Shown here one piece after another: positions 42,374 to 53,994 of a stretch of 64,000 nt of DNA. The notes under the pieces are model-generated. The model was not told where the DNA came from and ran no database searches. It saw only the letters and a program-made list of their open reading frames with translations. The position numbers were made by a program, and so were the translations under genes. Location of the stretch: contig CBDBGZ010000009.1 in the NCBI GenBank assembly GCA_965205425.1, positions 192,001 to 256,000 of the forward strand, in the 5' to 3' direction. Every line of letters begins with the position of its first letter. Positions within the stretch are counted from its first letter, which is position 1. This DNA is from Nitrosopumilus sp. GTDB lineage: Archaea > Thermoproteota > Nitrososphaeria > Nitrososphaerales > Nitrosopumilaceae.

Positions 42374-42748
42374 GTCTACACTGTTCAATCTTAGTGTCAT
42401 TTTGTAATTTCATAAGAATTGTTACTTTTTCCAATTGTAAGTAAAATCAAAATACCTGTGATTATTGTTGCATCAATTTGCAGAATTGCTTCAATAGATA
42501 ATTCAACCATAATTAATTCAAAATATTCCATACAATAACTAACATAACCTAATTCATTGTTATCATAGGAGTATAAAACAACAAAATCCAATTAACCAGT
42601 CATAGTTCTCGGAATCCAGAAAAATAATTCTAAATAACAAATTTTTGATTTGGATAAATTACTTCAGTAGACAACAGTTCACTTAAAAAAATACCTTTAA
42701 TGAGATTTTTAATGCATTTGTAGATGATAATTTATTGAATTATTTGAT

Positions 42749-43296
42749 TTATTGTGAAAATTTAACCGTACAATCATCTGCATAGATTAGTGTTTTTCTT
42801 GTTCTTCCACTAACATCTATGATTTTTCCATTTTTTTCCATATCTTTTAAAATTTCTTTGAGAAATCTAAAAGGTGTATCTGCAAGGACAAAATCCCTAA
42901 TTACTTCCAATGGAACTGTTTTGCCTTTAAAATTATTAAAAATAATTCTACTGGCATCATCAACCCATTGTGATTGGTCACTATAATCTACAAAATAGGT
43001 TTGATGAGTATCTGTTTTATCTGAAAATGTATACGTTCCATTCCCTACTACTTTCAACATTGCTTTTTTCATGGCATCCATGCCTTTGTGGTGTTTTGTG
43101 GCAAAGACCAAATCATAGATTGTTCTTCTACTTGAATCCATCATGGTAAATGGTCTTACAAAATGAACACCGTTTGAATGTAATTGTTCCACATACAGAT
43201 CAAGCAAAAAATTCAATCGTTCATCTGTTGATTTGATGTCTCTAGCTCCTCTCCATGTATCCGTTCCATATAACCCGTCAATTGCTGATTCATGTG
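42749..43296 (-). pseudogene. C-terminal fragment of three-Cys-motif partner protein (TcmP-like)
   Basis: GLYGTDTW...YDLVFATKHHKGMDAMKKAM; N-terminal half absent. Confidence 0.7.
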
Positions 43297-43333
43297 TTTA
43301 AACATTTAAACTTCAACAAATTGTAGAAAAAAT

Positions 43334-44179
43334 ATGGCTGTTGGTTCAGATATTGAATGGACAGAAGCTACTTGGAATCCCACTAGTGGATGTAATAAAA
43401 TTTCTCTTGGATGTAAAAACTGCTATGCTGAAACATTAACTAAAAGACTCAAAGCTATGGGGCAACAAAAATACAAAAAAGGCTTTCAATATGTTGAACA
43501 CCCTTCTGATGTCAATCTACCATTAACCTGGAAAAAACCTCGTAAAATATTTGTAAATAGTATGTCGGACTTGTTCCATGAAAATTCTTCGTTTGAGTTT
43601 ACTGGAAAATGTTTTGCAACAATGATTCAAGCCGATCAACATGATTATCAAATTCTTACAAAACGACCTAAACGTATGGCTGAGTTTTCTAACTTATTTT
43701 TCAAATATTTTGGTCACAAAATTCCTAACTTTATGTGGATGGGTGTAAGTGTTGAAAACCATGATTACATATCCAGAATTAATGAATTAAAAAAAGTCAA
43801 ATGTAATACTCGCTTCATAAGCTTTGAACCTTTGATAGGTCCTGTGGGAAAAGTAAATCTCAAAGGAATCGATTGGGCCATTATTGGTGGCGAAAGTGGT
43901 CATCATTATCGTACTGTTGAAAAAGAATGGATATTGGATATCATTGAACAATGTAAAAATCAAAACGTTCCAGTATTTTTCAAACAATGGGGTGGCTTTA
44001 GGCCAAAATCGGGAGGCAGAATAATCAACCGTAGAAAATATAGTGAATACCCAAAGATATCTAAAAAGAATTCATTAAAGGACATTCATTTTGATGATGT
44101 TGCATTTGCAGAATTATGTTTGAAACATGAATCTGAAAAATTAAAACTACAGCAACAAAACAAAATACCTGCTAATTAA
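43334..44179 (+). CDS. DUF5131 (phage Gp37/Gp68-like) three-Cys-motif protein
   Basis: IEWTEATWNPTSGC..S.GCKNCYA; SMSDLFH; GGESG; FFKQWGG. Confidence 0.92.
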   Translation: MAVGSDIEWTEATWNPTSGCNKISLGCKNCYAETLTKRLKAMGQQKYKKGFQYVEHPSDVNLPLTWKKPRKIFVNSMSDLFHENSSFEFTGKCFATMIQADQHDYQILTKRPKRMAEFSNLFFKYFGHKIPNFMWMGVSVENHDYISRINELKKVKCNTRFISFEPLIGPVGKVNLKGIDWAIIGGESGHHYRTVEKEWILDIIEQCKNQNVPVFFKQWGGFRPKSGGRIINRRKYSEYPKISKKNSLKDIHFDDVAFAELCLKHESEKLKLQQQNKIPAN

Positions 44180-44264
44180 TTGAGACTTGGGCATAATGAT
44201 TTACAAAAATAAAAACTATTCAACAGCAAAGCAGGGATTGGAGATGATTTCGTATGGGAGAATT

Positions 44265-44492
44265 TTACGAATTTCTACGTTTTATAACAAAAACAATAAC
44301 TATGGATATAGATAACAATATGCTAAAAAATACAAAAGATACAGAATTATATCTTATATCACATCTTTGTAAATCAGAGTTCCAATACAAAAAATCAATA
44401 TCACGATTGCAATCATAAACAAATTCTAGTTCTGCAAAAGCAGATTGATTGCATAGCACCAACAAACTGATACAAATTAAAATTTTTAACAA
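44265..44492 (-). CDS. Small secreted protein with C-terminal anchor
   Basis: Signal peptide, Cys pair, TM. Confidence 0.55.
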   Translation of the reverse strand: MLKILICISLLVLCNQSAFAELEFVYDCNRDIDFLYWNSDLQRCDIRYNSVSFVFFSILLSISIVIVFVIKRRNS

Positions 44493-44507
44493 AATAAAAA
44501 AGAAGGG

Positions 44508-45452
44508 TTAACCACTAACCGTTATTAATGATTCTAGGTGTGTAGTAGTACTTGCGGAACTGCCAGCATTAATGCCAGTAATTTTAGAATCTTGTGCACA
44601 AAAACCTGCAGTACTACCAGATAAGGAAGTGTCATAAGATTTTGAATAAGACCATGTTTCTTGACCTAAAACATTTTCCTGCTCAAAATCTACATCAAAA
44701 GCAAAGTTGACAGTACTATGTGCAACACTTTCATTCAAACAAATCTTTCCCAAATGTTCAGATAGAAAAGACAAAGGTACGAATGTGACATTAGCATATG
44801 ATATAGTATCACCACCCCAGACTATACTTTTTTCAGAACAGTATAGAGGAATAGGGAGGAATATCAAATCCTGAATACATGGATAAAAAATCTCAGATTG
44901 ATTTTTTAAACTTACATCATCTGTATGTATTTTGTATGTGTTTGATAACTTGTCAAGATAAGAGACTTTGTTTGTTTCGTTATCTTCAAGTTGTCTAGTT
45001 GCCTCTGTTACTCTATCAGACCAATATTCTTTATTTTGATCTAATCTATCTTTAGACACAACTCCTAAGAGTTCGAGGTCAAAGATTGCAGAATGTAGAA
45101 ATTTAGTTTCTTCAACAGTATTTTCACCAAGTGCTTTTGCTTTATGTAAAGCAAGTATTGTATCGCTTAAAACTTCAAGTCCATCATTTACAGCTTGATC
45201 ATATGGTGAAAGATTATCTCTTGATTCGATAAACTTTATCACATATTGCTGTTGTTGAGTAGAATTAAAATTTTGGAAATCATCAGATTGTTTGAGAACT
45301 TCCAAATAAACAGAATCTACATTACCAACTGGTCCTATATCATTTGTAAAGTCTTCTTCACCGGGTTCACCTTGAGCAAAAGTATCGCTCATTGCTACAG
45401 GAACAAACAAAATTAGCATCAAAAACGGTAGCGTATATTTTATGTTATTCAT
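44508..45452 (-). CDS. Secreted protein
   Basis: Signal peptide; Cys-containing C-terminal domain. Confidence 0.75.
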   Translation of the reverse strand: MNNIKYTLPFLMLILFVPVAMSDTFAQGEPGEEDFTNDIGPVGNVDSVYLEVLKQSDDFQNFNSTQQQQYVIKFIESRDNLSPYDQAVNDGLEVLSDTILALHKAKALGENTVEETKFLHSAIFDLELLGVVSKDRLDQNKEYWSDRVTEATRQLEDNETNKVSYLDKLSNTYKIHTDDVSLKNQSEIFYPCIQDLIFLPIPLYCSEKSIVWGGDTISYANVTFVPLSFLSEHLGKICLNESVAHSTVNFAFDVDFEQENVLGQETWSYSKSYDTSLSGSTAGFCAQDSKITGINAGSSASTTTHLESLITVSG

Positions 45453-46201
45453 ATTATTGTGTCACTATCGAAATTATCAATATTTATACGGTACTATCAT
45501 TTCATGGATACAAAACAAGGCTCTAAATACCTAAAATTAATGCATGTCTGGGAGAATCCTGGAATGAAATTAAATTTAATTCTACGAATTGATTCGTTAT
45601 GATGAAAAGTTAATTTCATTTGAATAAATTTGAAATATGAGGGGGGACCAGTCCTGGAATGAAAAAATTATTTTATTTGCCATTAAAATTAATTTTGACG
45701 TGCAAGGAAAATGCAGAGTGAGATAAGGATGTAAAATATCAATTAATTTTAATCGTGGAATAGGTTTAATTTTAATTCTGGGATGAATTTATCTTTAATT
45801 TTAATCTTTGAATTAAAAGTTTGCAGATCTAAAGTATAGTTTTAAAGTATAGTTTTAAACTGTTATTCTAAACTGTGAATCTAGATTGGGGATGTGTTAA
45901 ATTGATGTTAAATTATTGTTGTTCAACTGAAATATTTGACTTTGATTAAAATTTAAAATGAAACTGAAATTAATCAATAATCAAATTAATTACGGTAGCA
46001 GAAAATTAAGATTAGAGAAAAAAAAGTAAACGGTTAAAGTTAATTGGACGGGAGCAGAAAAAATGAGGAATTTGCGGACTGTGATGAATTTCGGGTATGA
46101 TATTTTTGCGATCAACGATTAATTGATGTGTATGGATTTGATAGTTTTGTCTTGATTTGCTGTCTTTGGATTTAATTCTGTTTGATTGATTCAACAGTTC
46201 T

Positions 46202-46389
46202 TCTCTGTACTCTCTCTGCATCCTCTGTACTCTCTCTGCATCCTCTGTACTCTCTCTGCATCCTCTGTACTCTCTCTGTATCCTCTGTACTCTCTCTGTA
46301 TCCTCTGTACTCTCTCTGTATCCTCTGTACTCTCTCTGTATCCTCTGTACTCTCTCTGTACTCTCTCTGTATCCTCTGTACTCTCTCTG
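46202..46389. repeat. 20-bp tandem repeat (CTCTGTACTCTCTCTGYATC), about 9 copies
   Basis: Directly visible; no spacers. Confidence 0.95.
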
Positions 46390-46460
46390 TATTGTTGTAC
46401 GGTTTAGTCTTCTCTGGATAGTTTTGGTATTTGTTGTGTGTAAATGGTTATGAGGTATTA

Positions 46461-47006
46461 CTATTCATAGTATATCACTGCAACATCGACTCTTGGCTGG
46501 TTGTATGCCCTATGATTAATTGTTACTCCAAATTCATCTACATGTAAATGGGACTCTGCAGAGTCTGGTGCTGTGATGAGTAGTGTCGTACCATCATGAG
46601 ATATTGCTACTGAACCGTAATACATGTGGCGTGGGATAGAGCTGTATGTTATTCCAGCATACTCTGAATTGCATTGCTCAAGTGAGAATTCTACTGTGGT
46701 GCCAAGCTGAACCTGTACACTGCACGAATCAGTTGTAATTGATTCTAGTGTAAATATTGAATCTTGTGGAACTGTTATTTCAAAGGATGTCTCAGCAGAG
46801 TTGCCCGAGTCATCAGTTGCAATACAATAGATGGTGGTTTGTCCTGTATTGTGTATGTTAGATGGATTGCAACTCATTGATACGTCCTCATCTACACTAT
46901 CAGTTGCAGTGGGTTTGAGATAATCTATTGGAAATACCAGATTATTTCCTGAAATGATATCCTCAGATACGCCTGCAAATACCGGAGGGGTTGTATCTAC
47001 AACAAT
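46461..47006 (-). pseudogene. 3' fragment of an HYR-domain surface protein
   Basis: IVVDTTPPVF...ATDSVD...CIATDDSGN; 5' part replaced by IS110. Confidence 0.75.
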
Positions 47007-48355
47007 TATCTATGTGAAATCTTTAAAAACATTTGCACTCTTTTGCAACACATGAGAATGGCTACCGCTAGAGATGATCCCATTCATTTTCAAAAGATGA
47101 AACCGGACACATATCTATTCGAGGATCTCCCTCAGTACCATTCTTCATCCATTTATCAGAACCATGCCGCAGTTACAAAACGAGGATCTCCCTCAATGTG
47201 TTTAACGAGGATTATAGTTCTGATCATAATGTTTCATTATGCATTTTTGATGCACTGGTAAAATGTCATGTTGTTTTTTAACATCCAGTAAATTATTCTC
47301 AACAGTTTGGATGCTGCTGCCACTGCAGCTTTTGATGTCCCCCTCTTTTTTGCAAGACGTTTGTAAAAATTTGTAATGGTGCTGTTTTTTGCATATCTTA
47401 CATGAGAATGTACTGCCTCCACCAGAACCCAGCGTAACATGCTACTTCCTCTTCTTGTTATGGACCCATGGCGTATGGTGTCAGCTGAGTTTCTCACCGA
47501 TGGTACAATTCCTGCATATGAACACAGTTTGTGAGAATCTGAAAATCTTTCGATATTGTCAATTTCAGAGGATATGGTTAATGCAGTAAATCTTCCAACA
47601 CCAGGTATTGATTCTAAGAGTTGTGCGTTAGAATCATGTTTTAGAGCATCCTTGATTCTCATGTCTGACTCTGCGATTCTATCATTGATTGATATTATCA
47701 TCTTGAGATATCCATCTATTCGATAGTCATCTAATCCCAACAGTTTGTGCACATATGAATCAGAAAATGCAGTTCCTGGTATCTTGATTGCATTTTGTAA
47801 GGTTATACTGTGAATCAAATTTTTCATCCTTGTCCTGTTGCGGACTAGTTTGGTTCTATATCTCACCAGTTGTCTTGTTTGCACGGTATCTTTTTCTGGT
47901 ACATGACAAGATGAGATGTATCCTCCTCTTAGCAAATCTGCCAAGATGTGAGCATCAATCTTGTCAGTTTTTTTCTTTGATGCTGCAATTGCTTTTGTGT
48001 GATATGGGTTTGATAGTATTACATCAAATCCTAGTTCGTCTCGCAGAAACCTAAACACGCCATACCAGACAGATGATGATTCCATTACACATTTTGAGTT
48101 TTTTGGGATTGCAGAAAATGCTTTTTTGATATCCCCTCTGGTGTTTGTAATTTTTTCATTGAATAATGTATGTCCTTTATCATCCATTGTTTCGACCTGT
48201 AAGAATTCTTTGTGCAAATCAATTCCGACATAGGTCATGGGTTTTGTCTTTCTAGTCCTAATGATTTTCTTTGGTTTTTTCTTGGAGGTGTATCTTTTAG
48301 AAACTATAGAATCAGCAGTACCATCTAAATTTCGTTGTTTATTCACATATGGTTA
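47007..48355 (-). mobile_element. IS110/IS1111-type element A (transposase 47237-48346)
   Basis: VGIDLHK, KTDKID, SIPGVG motifs; ends TA-ACCATATGTG and CACATAGA-TA. Confidence 0.92.
47009..47236 (-). ncRNA. Bridge/seek RNA candidate of IS110-A
   Basis: Two TGAGG...CCTCG loop modules downstream of the transposase; donor loop matches the element ends. Confidence 0.7.
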
Positions 48356-48568
48356 CAATTTGTATACTAGAACAAACAATCCGAATCCAGGTAACACTAC
48401 AAATGTCATAATCGTGATAGGTATATCCATCCAACAATTACTTCTATCTGCATTTGGACTCCATGTTGGATACAAACAAGCATCAGTTGGATATTGCGCG
48501 TACAGTATGATAGATACAAAGAAAGACAAAAGTAAAAAAATAGTAGATAATATTAGAAATTTGCTCAT
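48353..48568 (-). CDS. Small two-TM protein with Cys loop
   Basis: ORF; stop created at the IS110 junction. Confidence 0.55.
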   Translation of the reverse strand: MSKFLILSTIFLLLSFFVSIILYAQYPTDACLYPTWSPNADRSNCWMDIPITIMTFVVLPGFGLFVLVYKL

Positions 48569-48593
48569 TTTAGATACAAAAGAGTGATTGGCA

Positions 48594-51500
48594 TTATTGG
48601 ATTCTCAAACTTTTTGCGATGTTAGGCCATGGACTGAATATTTTGAAAACCTCTATACAGTTACCATATGGATCTCTAACCTCGTAATGTATAGTATTGA
48701 CATCTATGACACAAGAACCGCCTGCTACAATGCCAAGCATAGTGGATGTACCATTTCCATGATTTATAATACTTTGTTTCCCAACCCCAAATAACCATCA
48801 ACACTCTTTGATGCTTTGAAATCATTTCTGATTCTATTGCATTGCAATCATTTTATTGTACAGACAAACTTTCATTTTCAATTCATGAATCATGTTTTCT
48901 CTCTTGTGCGATGTCACATGCTCTCCAAATATTCTTTTGAATACAGAGAATACTCCCTCTACAATCCATCTATCCCCATAGCTTACGCTGAGCTTCCATA
49001 GATCCAAGTTATACAATTGTGCCAAAACGGACTTTCTCCGAGGATAACAATCAGTTACAACTGATGAGTTTTTTCTTGTTTTAATTGCAGGTAGAATATC
49101 ATTATCATAATACAGATATGAAAAATTATCCTTTGTATCATATGCACCATCAGCCAAAGTTTTAGTGACATTGCCAAACTGTTTTGATTGCTCAACTAGC
49201 GATATGAAATGTTTTGAATCATGTGACTTGTCATCTGTAATATCAATCCCTGTGATCTGTTTAGATTTCACATCTACTGCCACATGAATTTTAAGAAATC
49301 CTCTTCTCTTCTGCCATTTCTGTCTCATCCACTCACCTCTGTTTGCAACCTTGATTCCAGTTGAGTCTATTGCAATGACAATGTCTTTTCCTAGTTTTGG
49401 ATTCATCTTGATGTCAAGTTTGTTGACACGTTTCCAAATGGCAGAATATGTGGGAGTCTTTGTTTTGGATTGGAGGTGTGATTTTATCAGACCTTCTGTT
49501 TGTCTGAATGGAAGATGCAAATAGAGATGACAGTATCCTAGTGCCTCCATGAAGGATTCAGGATAGACAAATCGATGACCTTCCTTTTTGTGATTCATCT
49601 CTTTTAGTTCCATACTCCATGATTCCATTGCGTCAAAGGACAACATGATTTCTCCACGTCTAACTAGTGTTTTGTTGTAATTTTTCCAGTTTCTGTTCAT
49701 GGAATAATACAGAATATTCTGATCTAAAGCTTGGGTGATGAAATTAATTGGATCAACTAGTCATGTTGGGAAACACAGCAATTTATAAAAATAGGCCCCC
49801 CACTATCTCCTTTTTGAGAAGGATATGTAGCTGATACTTGTTCAGTTAAGACATGTGTTTCTAATGACACAGTTACGTTGGTGTAAGAAATGTGACCGAT
49901 ACCATCATTATGTCTTGCAGATATTTCTACTTCTGTACCCCGACTAAAATCATCTAATCCGCCAAAATCAATCACCTGAATAGTTCCATTATTGGTTTGC
50001 AATTCATTTATTTTTGGTGTTATGTTGTCATTAGATATTTCGATCAATACTGCATCAGAATTTGTAGAACTACCCATACTTACATTTGAATCTGACAATA
50101 TTGTCGAACCTATTTCTGGTAGGATTAGGGACAAAGTATCTGTATCAAGACTTACTACTCTGTACAAGCTAGTTAGATGTATGTTATGTGATGCAGTTAA
50201 TAGTGCAGGTGTTCCAGTATAATTTAGAATCAACCCTGCTGTTCCTTGTGAACCTGTAATATGTAAAGGGTTATTTCCAAATATTCTGATGGCATCCCCT
50301 CCACGTAATTCATGTGTCTGTTCATCTTCCGGACATCCATAGTTGCCATCACCTGCCTCATCAGGGCACTGGTCTATCCCGTCATGGAACCCGTCACCGT
50401 CTGCAGGCCTGCCATCAGTTACGGTAATGGTAAATGATTCACTTGCCCTGTTTCCAGCAGCATCAGCTGCATTGCAACTCACTGTTGTTACCCCGATTTG
50501 GAAATAACCAGTACTGTGTGAACATGTAACATTTACAGTGCCATCTATACTATCAGTTGCAGTTACATCAAACTCTGCATAATACCCAAGAGAACTACGA
50601 GGAACTCCAGTAATGTCTGCGGGTATCACAATTACTGGAGGTGCTGTGTCTGCAGGTGTTATATCTTGATCATCATTTTCAACCTTTAGTATTATATTGT
50701 CAATTCCAAACTTGTTATCCTCATCTGCAATTTGTGCAGTTATTCTCATCTTAAATGAGGCAGTATCATCAAGTCTCAGCGTATGCTGTTGCCACAGACT
50801 ATCCCCGCTGGTCCATTTGAACTTTTCAGTCCATGCGCTTCCATCATAAACTTCAACTTTGAGCCAGTCATCACTTTCAAAGTCATCATCAATTAGTTTC
50901 CAAAATGTCAAAGTTATATGGTCATATCCTGATATGTCGATACCCTCACGCATTGTAATGGTACAAGGCTCACATTCATCATCATTTGTTGCAACATCAT
51001 TTGTAATAGTATGTCATGGAATCACCCCGTAATTAGAACCCAGGTCATCATCCTCAATGTCATCCCCGCTTGTATTCCAGTTTCTCATGTTGCTAAATTC
51101 CTCTAGAAATATTGTGTATGCTCCAAGGTCTGCCGGATTGATGCCATTGCCAATTAGTATATTGGCATAGGCTTTGCATACATTGATGAATCCTGGCAAT
51201 ACGTCAGGTGTGCAGTTTGCCTCATAGTATGTTTGGGCAGGTGATGAGGTTTCTGCAATAAACTCTGCATATACTATCTTAATTGGCGCACCAGTTTCCA
51301 AGGCATGCTGTATCTCATTTACATTGTATTTGATACCTGCCACTGCAGCCATCGGATGCATGCCTACGACAAGTATTTTTTCTTCCTCATCAACATATGT
51401 TATGGTAAACGGATAGTCATGCTCATAGCTTCCTGCAGAATGTCCCTCCATGATTCCCGTCAAATCTGAATGCGCCTTGTATAACTCGCTGACTATACCT

Positions 51501-51682
51501 ACAGGACCTACCGTACCATCATCAAAGAGGAAATCATCAGGTGTGGTGGTTGTAGCACTGGTGGCATTAAGATTATCATTGGCACTCTGGGCAAAAGATA
51601 TCATATCATTTTCAGCAGTCGCGATAACAATCATTGAAAATATCAAAACCGCAAACATTACAGTCTTTATTTTATTATTCAC
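48594..51682 (-). pseudogene. Large secreted serine protease with HYR domain, broken by an in-frame TGA (51014) and an IS insertion
   Basis: LTASH, SDA, GDSGGP triad; reading continues HGNGTSTMLGIVAGG...FSPW after the IS is removed. Confidence 0.8.
48770..49780 (-). mobile_element. IS5-family element (transposase 48834-49700)
   Basis: TIR (T)RCTKTGTTTCCCAAC; 8-bp TSD ATTTATAA; IDSTG, ADGAYD, RWIVEGVFS. Confidence 0.93.
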
Positions 51683-51736
51683 AATCACTTTAATACTACA
51701 CAAATTGATTCTATTTATAATTTGTATCCATGTGGT

Positions 51737-52700
51737 GGCCTTGTAGAAACCATGATAAAATAACAAAATCTAATTTTCTAATCCTGTAGGAATTGTATGC
51801 AATTAACCTGTACAACATCTCATTGTCCTGAGTTGTAACATTTCTTGATGTGACATCTCCTGACATTATCTGTTTGATCACAAAAAAGATTGTTTCAGAT
51901 TTGTTTCTCTGATGGTACAATTGTACAGGAAAGTTCCTCTTCATCTCCTTTCTGTGAATTCCGCTGGTTCTGTAAATTGGAACTGTTCCATATCGAGTTG
52001 GAATTATTGCAGCTGTGTTGATCTGTTCTGCACCGACATGGTTATTCTCATCATCAAAACCCATGTCACCTAACACAATATCAACTGGAACAATATTGTT
52101 GGTTTTGTACAACAATGGCAGAAAATCAGGATTATCATGTTGTGGTGTGTCATGACACAGCAAACAAGCTGTGTATTCATGTCAGCACAAACAACAACTT
52201 TTAGGAAATTCCTGCGTAACTGTACTCTTTTTGTATAATAGTATGATGCTGTACTGTAACTGAATCCGCTACCATCAATTCCAGCTAGAACCAGTCTGAC
52301 TTTTTTGTACAAAATGAATTCCTGCAACATTTTATGTAACAGATTTCCTTCCAGTCTTGCAGCTGCCTTTTGTAGTGTGGTGTAATGTGGAATGGTATAC
52401 AAACCAAGATATTCCTGAATTCCTACACATTCTTCTAAAAATTCTGTAAATCTTCTATAACTCTTTGATTCGTACTGTCGTATTGTCAAGAGTATGAGAT
52501 GTGTCCAAACAGAATAGATATGATTTGATTTTGGATGTAAGAACCTGGGAATTCTGCATCTGGTGATTATATTGAGTAGTGTTTTGCACATTTTGACGTA
52601 TGATGAGACCATACTGTAATCTGCAAATACAATCCTAATGGATCTAAATTAGCTAAAATGTATCACAATTGGGTTAAAATCAGATGGTTTCTACAAGGCC
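51737..52700 (-). mobile_element. Second copy of the 40636-41606 IS, frameshifted
   Basis: Same TIRs; small deletion near 52140. Confidence 0.9.
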
Positions 52701-52744
52701 GATATAACAAGTGTTCCAAAACAGATGATGAGAATGATAGACAA

Positions 52745-53035
52745 TTAATCCATCAAACAAGGTAGATAGTAATGACCATTACTGGGCAGAGTCCAACATT
52801 GATCAAACATATCCTCATATATCACGTTTTCAGTTATGAGTATACCATGTTCGTCTTCAATTCTACAATTGGTTGGTGATTGTAAGAAGTGTTCGTCACA
52901 ACGTATGACATATTTTGCATCTTTTAGAAATTGTGGAGTATCTATGGAATCATAAAATGTAATTTGTATTAATGTAATAATTAATATAAAAAATAATACA
53001 ACTAAAACTATTACAAAGTTACGTTTTGATATCAT
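52745..53035 (-). CDS. Small membrane-anchored Cys-containing protein
   Basis: N-terminal TM; four Cys. Confidence 0.6.
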   Translation of the reverse strand: MISKRNFVIVLVVLFFILIITLIQITFYDSIDTPQFLKDAKYVIRCDEHFLQSPTNCRIEDEHGILITENVIYEDMFDQCWTLPSNGHYYLPCLMD

Positions 53036-53049
53036 AAAAAAAATTGGTG

Positions 53050-53898
53050 TTAGTTAGTATAGTGCCACAAAGCTGTATATACATCCCACCAAAAAGTAGG
53101 AGAATCATATGTGTCTAGCTCAGGATTTGGCTCATTTAGCTGTTGTAAAGTATGCCATCCATTACTAATTACACTGCCATAGTGATGAGTTGTAGTATTC
53201 GAATAGATAAAATTCTCATCTCTAAATTCTCCTTCATTACAACCACCAACCCCAGTTAGGTTTTTCTTCCCATAATCATAACCTACACTATCACGATCTG
53301 CCCAAGGATGTTGGATTTGATGATATCCGCTAGCAACAAGTGAATTTTGAATACTTTGTAGATCATCAAAACCATCCTTGTTTACAGTTTTGGAAGGATT
53401 AAGATGTGATGTTTGTCCATATGTTATGCCACAAGCATTAAGTGACCAAAACCAGACACTTGTTTGACCTGAAGCACCACCTTGTGGAGTAGTTGTTGTA
53501 GCATTTGTTAGCAAACTAAACTTGCCAGATTGTGCTTTTGTCATTACATTATCTATGTCAGTTTGATCACCAGTTTTTATCACCTCGGTAATCTTATTGT
53601 TTAGTTTTGCCCATTGTTTCATGATTTTGATGTCATCACGTGATACGCTATCTTTACGCATCTGTTTTTTATCAACAACCATGTTACCTTCAGAATCATA
53701 TGTGACATAACCTTTGGAATTTGTAAATGCCTTATCTATTTCAGCTAGTGTGTATGGTTCTTTTGCAGCTTCTGCTGATTGTATTCCTGATTCACTATTA
53801 AATGGTAGAATCATCACAGCAATCAAAGTAGCAAACAATATAGTCTGTAATTTTGTTACGTTTTTCATATCCTTATCAATAACGATTTTTGATGGCAA
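53050..53898 (-). CDS. Secreted protein with helical pro-region and aromatic C-terminal domain
   Basis: Signal peptide ending SAEA. Confidence 0.75.
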   Translation of the reverse strand: MPSKIVIDKDMKNVTKLQTILFATLIAVMILPFNSESGIQSAEAAKEPYTLAEIDKAFTNSKGYVTYDSEGNMVVDKKQMRKDSVSRDDIKIMKQWAKLNNKITEVIKTGDQTDIDNVMTKAQSGKFSLLTNATTTTPQGGASGQTSVWFWSLNACGITYGQTSHLNPSKTVNKDGFDDLQSIQNSLVASGYHQIQHPWADRDSVGYDYGKKNLTGVGGCNEGEFRDENFIYSNTTTHHYGSVISNGWHTLQQLNEPNPELDTYDSPTFWWDVYTALWHYTN

Positions 53899-53994
53899 TA
53901 AAAACGGTTCTGTGTAATCTAGGTGACCTGTTTTCTTCTGTGTAGTGGGGTGACCTGAGATTTTTTATGAATTGTTAGATGGGGGTGATAACCA

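Noticed and set aside
46202..46389. CRISPR array
   Set aside because: Repeats are contiguous with no unique spacers, and no cas genes are nearby
46012..46421. ORFs across the minisatellite
   Set aside because: Open only because of the repeat; no protein-like features
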